DNA of 64,000 bases from positions 1 to 64,000 of the IMG/VR virus record IMGVR_UViG_3300032046_003126; one strand, given 5' to 3'. Every line of letters starts with the position of its first letter. Position 1 is the first letter of the stretch. A model generated the notes under the pieces. It saw only the letters and a list, made by a program, of their open reading frames with translations. It was not told the DNA's origin and did no database searches. Below are positions 40,204-48,950 of the stretch, piece by piece. Source of the stretch: a virus. Both the position numbers and the translations under genes were made by a program.

Positions 40204-43200
40204 ATTCATTAAAAAATAGATTATTTAAAATAAGACAACGATTAGGTGCAACAGCTGTACATGTTCGTCCTCAATTTAACAGAACTGAAACACCAATCGG
40301 AACCAATGTTAATACCATAGCAAATACAACACTGGTAATAGCCACGCCCGAGATAAGAACTTTAAACCAAAACACTCTTGACTTGACTAATCTTGCTGTG
40401 ACAAACAATTCATTTGATATTGTTGAAAAAAATGGAATTTCTGTTTATAGACCAGAAATAATAAGTATAAATGAATTTAATTCTGTTTTTGAACAAGAAA
40501 CTAATAATTTAAAAGATACAGTGTCTGATACGAATCAAATTTTAGAATTGATTAATTATCAAATTCAAACAAATTCACTTAGAGAAGACACTCTTAAAAA
40601 AATGTTAACTGAGATGAATTCTTCATCTACAAATTTCAAACTTAATAAAATAAGTTCTGAGTTTAATTCAAAGTTGCTTACCTTGCAAAAGGTAGCAACA
40701 TTTTATGGATATTTAATACAACAAACAAATATAGTTAAAAATTCTCTGGAAATAAAAGATATACCTAATAGCCTATATGGACCAGGAAATTTAAGTATAA
40801 AAGAATTCTATAACAGATATATGCAATTTTCCGAAGGAGAATATAACTCTTTCACAGAGACAAAAGTATTCAATCAATTAATCTCAGATATGAGAAATGT
40901 TCTTGAAAGTTTCTCATATTCTTTATTTGATACTGTTGATAGTGATAGAAACGAAAATCACGAACCTTTTAAAATAGATAAAAGTTACACATTACCTAAT
41001 AATTTTTCTTTCAAACCATCAATGTTAACATCAAACGGAACTGAAATAAAAAATGCATCAAACAATGCAACTTTAACAAGTTTCTTGAGTTCATTACCTC
41101 CTGAACCGTCAGATAGAATTAAAGTTCTTTGTAATTTTTTGTCTAAAGAACTTAGAGTTTCAAAGGCCCTTGGAAGACCTGATATTAGAAATATTTTGTC
41201 AAGTAAATTTAATCAATCTGATACCAACAATCCATTTGATAATATTATAGGAGAAGTAGGAGATACAATTTTTGAAAAACCATTAGGAGAAAATTCTTTG
41301 GCTTCTTTTTCATATGTGAGAACTGGAGATAAAGTTGTTTTGCCTTTCGAAAATACATATATAGATTCCACAGATTTAAATACTAGTAACATCTATATAC
41401 CGGGTTCTTCTTACTTTGGTGATTCTATTTTAAATGTATCAAGTAATATTAATAATAATACTTTCAACTATGAGCCCTTTTCTAATTATGCCAACAATTT
41501 TAATGATAAATTAACTAGCGCACTCAGTGTTCTAAATAAAATGTTTGAATTTGATAATATAAATTCAAGTTTAACTCAAGAATCAATTATAGATTTATTT
41601 TTAGTTTCATTCAAACAAGCAATAGAAAAGATGGTTGATAACACACATCCAAATAGAGATCAAATGTTTGTTCTTTCTTTGTTTAAATTAGCATCAACTA
41701 ATACTAAATTAAAAAATCATTTATTTGATTTTTGTATTTTAATATTACTAGCAATATCAACGCCCGACAATGAAAGAAAAATATTTGAACATATTAAAAG
41801 AGATATTCCTACAATAAATTCTTTATTTTCTTTTAAAGATAAAACAACAATAGTTAATTTAGAATCGGGTATTTCTTTTTTGTATCCTTATGTTATGGAA
41901 TTAGCAGAAATAATAGAAGATAATGTTTTTGAAATATTATATAATAATCCAAATTTTAGAAATACAAGATTAAATGGAACACTAGATACAAGCTCGGTAT
42001 CATTTACCGGGACAACTTTTTTTCGTAATGATAGTAATAATCATATCTTACGATTCATTTATGGAGACATTAAAGATACTTTAATAAAGTTATTAAATAC
42101 ATCAGGTTTAGCATCAGTGTCTTTGGTGCAAGTATTTTCTGAGATTATGACCAAATTAGATGTTGCTGCCTCAGAAGGTTCAAATTCTTTATATCTTATA
42201 GAAGACAACACATATAGAACAAGATATAATTTCTTAGGGACATCCTCTATAATGTTGGTTGTTTTTGAAATTTTATGTTCTTTTACAAAATTCTTAGATA
42301 TTAATTATTTTAAATCAACCGATGTATTGAATGGAAATATTAATACCAATACAACAACAAATTTAGCGATTTTTAATCATATAAGTTTAATTTTAAGTGA
42401 AAATTCTAGAAATACAACAAATAGTATAACAACCACAAATGCCAATATTATTATACCAGGAAACTCATCAGCAACATCTTCTCTAATAACAACAGGCACT
42501 TTTAATGGAACTGTTGTATCAGTTTTAACAGGCATAGCTCCAAATGTCTCCATTACTGTTATAAGAGAAAAGCTTAAATCAGAAGATCTTTATATTAAAA
42601 ATGCACTCAATATATTAAGTGTAATCAATACAAGATTAAAGGATGCATTGTCATCGGTAATTGTTTCGTTTTCAAATGAACACACAAGAAACTTTATTGT
42701 AGAAAATAACATTAGACCTGAAGAATTAAAGATATTAACCAATCCTTCTCAACTTAGAACCTCGTTTTGGATTTTAAATAAATATCAAAATGCAGTATTA
42801 GACGCTAATACAAAAAATTTAGATAAAATATTAATATCTGATTCGATAAAAAAATCTGTTAAAAATGCTATGTTGTTGTTGTTAAAAGAAAGCAAGTTTC
42901 TCAAAGGAACAAAAGATATAAAACTTTTTTCAATAGGAATCCCCTCTGGATTTACCAATCAAATGGTTAATAGAATTGACAGAAACAATATAAATAATTC
43001 AACTTTTCTTTCTAAGGAATTTGATGTAATAAAGGTAAAACTTTATAAAAGAGATTTAAGATATGATGATATTATCTTTATACCAAAAATATTTTATTTT
43101 GATTTATCTTTATATCCAATGAATTTTTACGATATTGTTAAAATAAACGAAGTTCAAGAAATAACGTGGTCTATTTTTTCAAGGAATTTGTTTTTAAAAG

Positions 43201-43832
43201 ATTATGAAAATATAAATTCGGTTAAAAATATAAACATTAACAATATAATTTCTAATGAAAAATATTCGTTTTTAACAAATGAACAAAAAATTGAAATGTT
43301 TAATAATCACTTGGAGAGTATGTTTTTAAAAATTTATGTTAATTTAACATCTGGATTTAAATTAGACGAAGATACATTTTCGAATGAAGTTGTTGATATA
43401 TTGGGCAATATGAATCAAGAAGTATATGATTTGATATATGAATATATTACTAATGTAAAAAATTTACAAATGACAAAGACCGATAATTTTAAAACATTAT
43501 TAAATGACCTAAATGTATCACAAATAGCAAAAGATATGATTACAACAATGTCTTTCGGTAATCTACTATTTCAGTCAGATTCAATACGAAAAAAAGTTTT
43601 ATCTCAAAAAATGTTTGATCGTGTCTTTACTTTAGCAGTTGATGCAGGTAGTTTTGAAATAGATTTTAATAAAACTCTTTTAACACAATCTGGTAAATCA
43701 GCATTTACAAAAGCAAATTTGCAAAATGCAATAACAGTAAAAAATAACAGATATTATATGAAACAAAAAAACGAAACTGATTTTATATTTGAAGATTATT
43801 TTTTAACAATTGAAAATAATTTCAATGGATAA
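40200..43832 (+). CDS. Large (1210 aa) structural-module protein of unknown function
   Basis: GTG start with GTGA overlap and GAGG SD; Asn-rich. Confidence 0.6.
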   Translation: MNSLKNRLFKIRQRLGATAVHVRPQFNRTETPIGTNVNTIANTTLVIATPEIRTLNQNTLDLTNLAVTNNSFDIVEKNGISVYRPEIISINEFNSVFEQETNNLKDTVSDTNQILELINYQIQTNSLREDTLKKMLTEMNSSSTNFKLNKISSEFNSKLLTLQKVATFYGYLIQQTNIVKNSLEIKDIPNSLYGPGNLSIKEFYNRYMQFSEGEYNSFTETKVFNQLISDMRNVLESFSYSLFDTVDSDRNENHEPFKIDKSYTLPNNFSFKPSMLTSNGTEIKNASNNATLTSFLSSLPPEPSDRIKVLCNFLSKELRVSKALGRPDIRNILSSKFNQSDTNNPFDNIIGEVGDTIFEKPLGENSLASFSYVRTGDKVVLPFENTYIDSTDLNTSNIYIPGSSYFGDSILNVSSNINNNTFNYEPFSNYANNFNDKLTSALSVLNKMFEFDNINSSLTQESIIDLFLVSFKQAIEKMVDNTHPNRDQMFVLSLFKLASTNTKLKNHLFDFCILILLAISTPDNERKIFEHIKRDIPTINSLFSFKDKTTIVNLESGISFLYPYVMELAEIIEDNVFEILYNNPNFRNTRLNGTLDTSSVSFTGTTFFRNDSNNHILRFIYGDIKDTLIKLLNTSGLASVSLVQVFSEIMTKLDVAASEGSNSLYLIEDNTYRTRYNFLGTSSIMLVVFEILCSFTKFLDINYFKSTDVLNGNINTNTTTNLAIFNHISLILSENSRNTTNSITTTNANIIIPGNSSATSSLITTGTFNGTVVSVLTGIAPNVSITVIREKLKSEDLYIKNALNILSVINTRLKDALSSVIVSFSNEHTRNFIVENNIRPEELKILTNPSQLRTSFWILNKYQNAVLDANTKNLDKILISDSIKKSVKNAMLLLLKESKFLKGTKDIKLFSIGIPSGFTNQMVNRIDRNNINNSTFLSKEFDVIKVKLYKRDLRYDDIIFIPKIFYFDLSLYPMNFYDIVKINEVQEITWSIFSRNLFLKDYENINSVKNININNIISNEKYSFLTNEQKIEMFNNHLESMFLKIYVNLTSGFKLDEDTFSNEVVDILGNMNQEVYDLIYEYITNVKNLQMTKTDNFKTLLNDLNVSQIAKDMITTMSFGNLLFQSDSIRKKVLSQKMFDRVFTLAVDAGSFEIDFNKTLLTQSGKSAFTKANLQNAITVKNNRYYMKQKNETDFIFEDYFLTIENNFNG

Positions 43833-43841
43833 ATATATTAT

Positions 43842-45656
43842 ATGGCAATTTCACTACCCTCAAAAAAAATATTAATAGCAGACGTACCAGAAGTAGAAAA
43901 TTTTAACTCTGAGTTTTCGTATAATTTTTTTATTGAGGACGAACAAACAAACGACACTGGAAAATCCCCTTTTTCATTTATTGAAAACATAAATGATAAT
44001 ACTAGTGATTCTAAATTTATTAATAGTAAAAATTTTCAAAACAAAATACCAAGGGCAATTAAATTTACCTGGAAACCCATTGTGTTAAACACTGATTCTA
44101 ATGTTGTGACAAAATATTATAACGATATTAAAGTAGCAAATAAAGTATCAATAAAAAATAATTTATCAAAAATAAAATATGAAAATGAATTTATTCAAAA
44201 AAGCTTCACTTCTATAGAAACACAAGATATTGAAAAAGATAAGAAATTAAATTTCTTTATTGAAAGAGCTTTAAGCGAATTTAAAATTAGAAACAATGGT
44301 TCTTTGTTGGATGTTTCAAAAGAGTTAAATGAAAAATTATCCACCGATGTATCAAGTGATTATATATCTAATATTTTAAATAATTTAAGTAATAATGGAA
44401 TAAATTTTACAAATACTAATAAAAAAGAAATAGTCTCCAAAACCATTATAGATAAAATAAAAAATATTAAATTAAACAATGTGATAAATAATAAAGTTTT
44501 AACTCATTTAATAAATTCTTCAATTGAAAATATAACAAATGTTTATCAAACTGACACTTCACAATTTATTGAAAGAATCAACCAGATACAAAATCATGCC
44601 ATCAAAACGGATTATTCTTCTCTAATCTCGGAAGGAGAATATGATTTATTTATTGATGATTATTTGGTTGTAAAAAAAGTAGATAATAATTTTGATTCTA
44701 TTATGATTCCAATTGGATATGTAATTGAAAAATATGAAATATTAAAAGATAATTCCAAAATAAAAAAAGAATCTATAATAATAGAAAATCCAGCTACTTC
44801 TGTAGCTTATGATACTCAAATAAAATATGGATCAAAATATTCATATAATATAAAAACAATTTGTTATATCGAAACATCTGCAATAGAACAAGAAACCGGG
44901 GAAATAATATCTTTATCGTTTTTGTTATCTTCAAAAAATTCAGAAGAAAAAAGTGTTATTTGTACTGAAATGGTGGCTCCTCCTAGTCCTGCTGATTTTG
45001 TATGTCATTGGGATTATGTAAAACAAAACTTAACAATAATGTGGAGTTTTCCACCAAATCAACAAAGAGATATAAAATATTTTCAAGTATTTCGCAGACG
45101 AACAATAACTGAACCATTTGAACTTATCAAAATGTATGATTTTGATAATAGTGAAATTTTATCAACTAAATTTGAAACTCCTGAAAAATACTTAGTAGAA
45201 AAACTTACTAATCCAAAAACATATTATACAGATTTAGATTTTAAAAAAGAATCCAAATTTATATATTCTATTTGTTCTTTAGATGCCCACGGCTTGACTT
45301 CGAATTATTCAATTCAATATGAAATTTCTTTTGATAAATTCAAAAATAAAATAAACAAAAAACTAGTCTCATTATCAGGAGCACCAAAATCATATCCTAA
45401 TATGTATCTAAATCAAGATACTTTTGTTGATGTTATTAAAGATTCAAATCACAAAAGATTAAAAATATATTTTAACCCAGAATACTTAGAGGTAATTGAT
45501 AACAATTATAATGATTTAAAATTACTAAGAACAAAAACAGATGCTTTATATAAATTACAAATTATCAATATAGATTTACAACAAGAACAAGATGTTATTA
45601 TAAAATTAGAAGACAGAAGAACGACAAGGGAAACTGATATACTTAAAATAATATGA
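43842..45656 (+). CDS. FN3-like domain protein
   Basis: GYVIEKYE, D..IKYG..YSY, PPSPAD...WSFP...FQVFRR, S.DAHG..SNYS. Confidence 0.55.
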   Translation: MAISLPSKKILIADVPEVENFNSEFSYNFFIEDEQTNDTGKSPFSFIENINDNTSDSKFINSKNFQNKIPRAIKFTWKPIVLNTDSNVVTKYYNDIKVANKVSIKNNLSKIKYENEFIQKSFTSIETQDIEKDKKLNFFIERALSEFKIRNNGSLLDVSKELNEKLSTDVSSDYISNILNNLSNNGINFTNTNKKEIVSKTIIDKIKNIKLNNVINNKVLTHLINSSIENITNVYQTDTSQFIERINQIQNHAIKTDYSSLISEGEYDLFIDDYLVVKKVDNNFDSIMIPIGYVIEKYEILKDNSKIKKESIIIENPATSVAYDTQIKYGSKYSYNIKTICYIETSAIEQETGEIISLSFLLSSKNSEEKSVICTEMVAPPSPADFVCHWDYVKQNLTIMWSFPPNQQRDIKYFQVFRRRTITEPFELIKMYDFDNSEILSTKFETPEKYLVEKLTNPKTYYTDLDFKKESKFIYSICSLDAHGLTSNYSIQYEISFDKFKNKINKKLVSLSGAPKSYPNMYLNQDTFVDVIKDSNHKRLKIYFNPEYLEVIDNNYNDLKLLRTKTDALYKLQIINIDLQQEQDVIIKLEDRRTTRETDILKII

Positions 45657-46447
45657 CTATATTAAAAATAAAAAAAGGTAACAATGGTGGAAAAATTTTT
45701 TTATTAACTTGTAATAATTGTTTAAAACATTTTGAAAGAAAATATAAAAAAACAATTAACAAACAATATCATTATTGCAATGTTTCTTGTTCAATTAAAG
45801 CCAGGCATCAAATTTTTAAACAAAACAATATTAGTTTAATTGAAAAAGCTCATAAAACATATTTAGAAATGTGTATCTCTGATCCTACTTTAAGGAAAAA
45901 AGTAACAAAAAAAGCTTTGAAAACTGTAAATGAAAAATATAAAGTATCAAATGTTTCTTTGCTTGATGACGTAAAGAATAAAAAAATATCTTCTTATAGA
46001 AAAAACTTTGGCGTTGATCATCCGATGTATTTGGATATAATAAAATCTAAAGTATATGATACTATGAAAAAAAACGGAACTTATAAAAAAATATCAAAAC
46101 CAGAAATGTTGTTTAAATTATACATTGAAGAAAATTATGGACAACATAATATTGAATGTCAAAAACGTATAAACAATTGGAACATAGATTTTTATATTAA
46201 TACTCTAAATACATACATTCAAATAGACGGTATTTATTGGCACGGCATTGGAAAATCAGACGAAGAAATTACAAACAATTTTAATAAAAGAAATAAATCT
46301 ATACTAAATACAAAAAATATTGATAAAAAACAAAATTTTTGGTTTGAAAAAAATAATTTGAGATTAATTAGAATAACAGATGTTGGGTTATTACAAAATA
46401 TCAAGCAAGGGTGTTTTAACAAGATATCTAAAACTCTAGAAACGTGA
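45653..46447 (+). mobile_element. Free-standing putative homing endonuclease (Zn finger + YG repeats + Vsr/DUF559-like nuclease)
   Basis: CNNC...YCNVSC; EKYKV/KNFGVDHP repeats; SKPE, IDFYI...IQIDGIYWHG...DK.QN...LIRITD. Inserted among structural genes. Confidence 0.7.
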
Positions 46448-46471
46448 AAAATAGGCTGAAAAAGGTGAAAA

Positions 46472-47185
46472 ATGGGATTCCTACAGAATGATTCAAATAA
46501 TATTATACTCGACGCAGTGTTAACAAGCACTGGCAGAGAATTTTTATCTAGAAATGATGGAAGTTTTAGTATTATAAAATTTGCAGTATCCGATGATGAA
46601 ATTGATTATGGTATTATAAAAAAATTCGGTAGAACGGTTGGGCAAGAAAAAATTGAAAAGAATACACCAATTTTTGAAGCTCTAACTAATGGAAATTTGG
46701 CTCAAAAATACAGATGTTTGTCTGTATCTAATCCTAATTTAATTAGATTACCAAGTATGTCTTTGGTTGGTGAAGGTGTTGATAGTAATAACAATATTGT
46801 AGCTATAGGAAACACGACAATTAAAAGGCGCACCCTCAACGTATCACAAACCATACAAGACGAACAAACCATAGATGTAGAACTTAGAGATCAGGCTTTT
46901 GTTGTAGAGATGTCAAATCTATTTTTACAGGTGCTAGGATCGGCACCAGACAACATTGATGCTCAACAGAGAGCAACATATATCCTAATAAGAGATGCCT
47001 CGGAAACGTCTCTGGGTGGCTCTAAAGTAACCTTTACAATTTCTACAAAAGCAATCAGTTTAAAAGAATTTCAAATATATGGCACAACTTACAATAAAAG
47101 TCTTATTAGTACATTTGTAAAAATATATGGAATTCAATCTGGTACAGTTACAGAATTTGAAGTACAAATAAATAAAGATTCGTGA
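46472..47185 (+). CDS. Virion structural protein (tail-collar-like N-terminus)
   Basis: MGFL....ILDAVLTSTGREFLS...IIKFAVSDDEIDY...PIFEA. Confidence 0.6.
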   Translation: MGFLQNDSNNIILDAVLTSTGREFLSRNDGSFSIIKFAVSDDEIDYGIIKKFGRTVGQEKIEKNTPIFEALTNGNLAQKYRCLSVSNPNLIRLPSMSLVGEGVDSNNNIVAIGNTTIKRRTLNVSQTIQDEQTIDVELRDQAFVVEMSNLFLQVLGSAPDNIDAQQRATYILIRDASETSLGGSKVTFTISTKAISLKEFQIYGTTYNKSLISTFVKIYGIQSGTVTEFEVQINKDS

Positions 47186-47231
47186 TAATTACAAAAACAT
47201 AAAAATACAAAAGGCATAACGGTATAAGAAC

Positions 47232-48428
47232 ATGGCAATATTTAAAGAGTTTTCTGGAGAAGATATTAAAAGCAATAGGTCGTTTTTAAATCAGTTAGTC
47301 GATATAGTGAATGACGATATTTCTGGTTCCAACACAAGAAAACAATATCAGGTGTATGTAACCGGAGGGGTCGGTCCTGGTGTTACATCTTCTTTGTTCC
47401 AAACTACATTCGATCAGGACTTTACACTACAAACAGCAAATCCAGTGTTTGATATGACATTTGGATTCTTTAGTGCTTCAAATATTGTCACTAACTTAAA
47501 TCCAACAATTGATTTAAATGGTAAATATATTTTTCCTTCTCAGTCGTTAATGATGAGAGAAAAAATGGATATTTATAGATTGTTTGCACAAAATTTACTT
47601 GGTAGTGCCGATAAATCATTTGAATATACTTCAACTACAAACAAAATAGACAATGCTTTATTTATTTCTTTCAAGAGATTATTTGCCAGAGATCAAATAA
47701 AAAGAGAAACCTTTGCTATAAAATTATCACCATCTGCCGCTTATGCAAAATATAATCTTGAAGTTAATTCTACAGGTCCACCTAAAATTTTATCTGATAT
47801 AGGTTCGACTGCAAATATTGGATATTCTTTTGGCGGCCAGGTTTCGTCAATTGTTGATTCCTCAAATACCTCAAACGAATTAGGGCTTTTATATATTGAT
47901 AAAGGAATCGCAGTTCTAGATATAGATAAAGTTTTTGATCAAGTTACAAAAATCTCTGGTACGATTAAAGCTATGTCTCCAAGTGGATATAATTTTGTAA
48001 GTGCATCATTTAATGAGTTTCTCACGTCAGCATCAATAGATCAAGCCCTTGATCATATTTGTAGTACAAGATTTACAGGTTCTTCTGCAACATCAATCAC
48101 ATTCCAAAATACAACAAATATTAATTCTACATTGTTTTTCTGTAGATTAGGAGCAGATGAGTTCAATTATTCTTCTAATCCAACATTTACAGATGAAAAT
48201 AACAGAATTGTTGTTATTGATCAAGGACAAGAAACAACACAAAGAACATTTACATTCGTATCAACAATTGGTTTATATGATGCGAACGATAATTTGCTTG
48301 GTGTTGGTAAGTTGTCTAGGCCAGTGCTAAAAGACGACGAGCGCGATTTAACTCTAAAAGTTCGAATCGATTATATCTCACATAGTACTACATCAATAAA
48401 TAATAAAAAGAAAATTAAAATATCTTAG
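47232..48428 (+). CDS. Virion structural protein (tail-collar-like C-terminus)
   Basis: EFNYSSNPTF...VSTIGLYD..DNLLGVGKLSRPVLK...KVRIDY. Confidence 0.6.
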   Translation: MAIFKEFSGEDIKSNRSFLNQLVDIVNDDISGSNTRKQYQVYVTGGVGPGVTSSLFQTTFDQDFTLQTANPVFDMTFGFFSASNIVTNLNPTIDLNGKYIFPSQSLMMREKMDIYRLFAQNLLGSADKSFEYTSTTNKIDNALFISFKRLFARDQIKRETFAIKLSPSAAYAKYNLEVNSTGPPKILSDIGSTANIGYSFGGQVSSIVDSSNTSNELGLLYIDKGIAVLDIDKVFDQVTKISGTIKAMSPSGYNFVSASFNEFLTSASIDQALDHICSTRFTGSSATSITFQNTTNINSTLFFCRLGADEFNYSSNPTFTDENNRIVVIDQGQETTQRTFTFVSTIGLYDANDNLLGVGKLSRPVLKDDERDLTLKVRIDYISHSTTSINNKKKIKIS

Positions 48429-48450
48429 TTTAAACATTAAATCTTTATTG

Positions 48451-48480
48451 TTATCCTTGTAGTTAATTCTATAAGGATAA
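48451..48480 (+). terminator. Hairpin TTATCCTTgTAG-ttaatt-CTAtAAGGATAA followed by TTTGTTTT, possible intrinsic terminator
   Basis: Inverted repeat 22 nt after the 48428 stop, followed by a T-rich tract. Confidence 0.5.
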
Positions 48481-48488
48481 TTTGTTTT

Positions 48489-48590
48489 ATGAAAGAAAAT
48501 AATATAAAATTTGAGATATGGAAAAAGGATGAGGTTCAAAATTATTATAAACAATTCTATAATAGTAATATAGGTTTAAAAAATGAATAA
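48489..48590 (+). CDS. Possible 33-aa peptide (MKENNIKFEIWKKDEVQNYYKQFYNSNIGLKNE)
   Basis: AAGGA upstream, inside the hairpin; stop overlaps the next start. Confidence 0.3.
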   Translation: MKENNIKFEIWKKDEVQNYYKQFYNSNIGLKNE

Positions 48591-48921
48591 TTATCCAATA
48601 AAAATAGGTGGAAAAAAATATAAATTATCTTTAACCGATCACAAAACTGATGAAATTTTTAAAGACAATGAAGAAGCTAATGGGTATATAAAATACGATT
48701 TAAGCGAAATAAACATTCGTTCATCTAATTCTAGTGATGTAATTAAAGAATCTATTATACACGAGTTGTTGCACGCTCTTTTAGATGATTCTGGTGTTGA
48801 TGATTTAAACACAGAAAAACTAGTTAAAATACTAACACCTAGACTTAATGCTTTATTAGAAGATAATCCTGAATTTATTATGAAGTTTATTAAAAATGAT
48901 TTTACATTTGATCATATTTAA
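48583..48921 (+). CDS. Small HExxH zincin-like protein
   Basis: G...Y...EI.I...ESIIHELLHA...E. Confidence 0.65.
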   Translation: MNNYPIKIGGKKYKLSLTDHKTDEIFKDNEEANGYIKYDLSEINIRSSNSSDVIKESIIHELLHALLDDSGVDDLNTEKLVKILTPRLNALLEDNPEFIMKFIKNDFTFDHI

Positions 48922-48950
48922 CATAAAATGTTAGTAGAGTATTATTGTAA

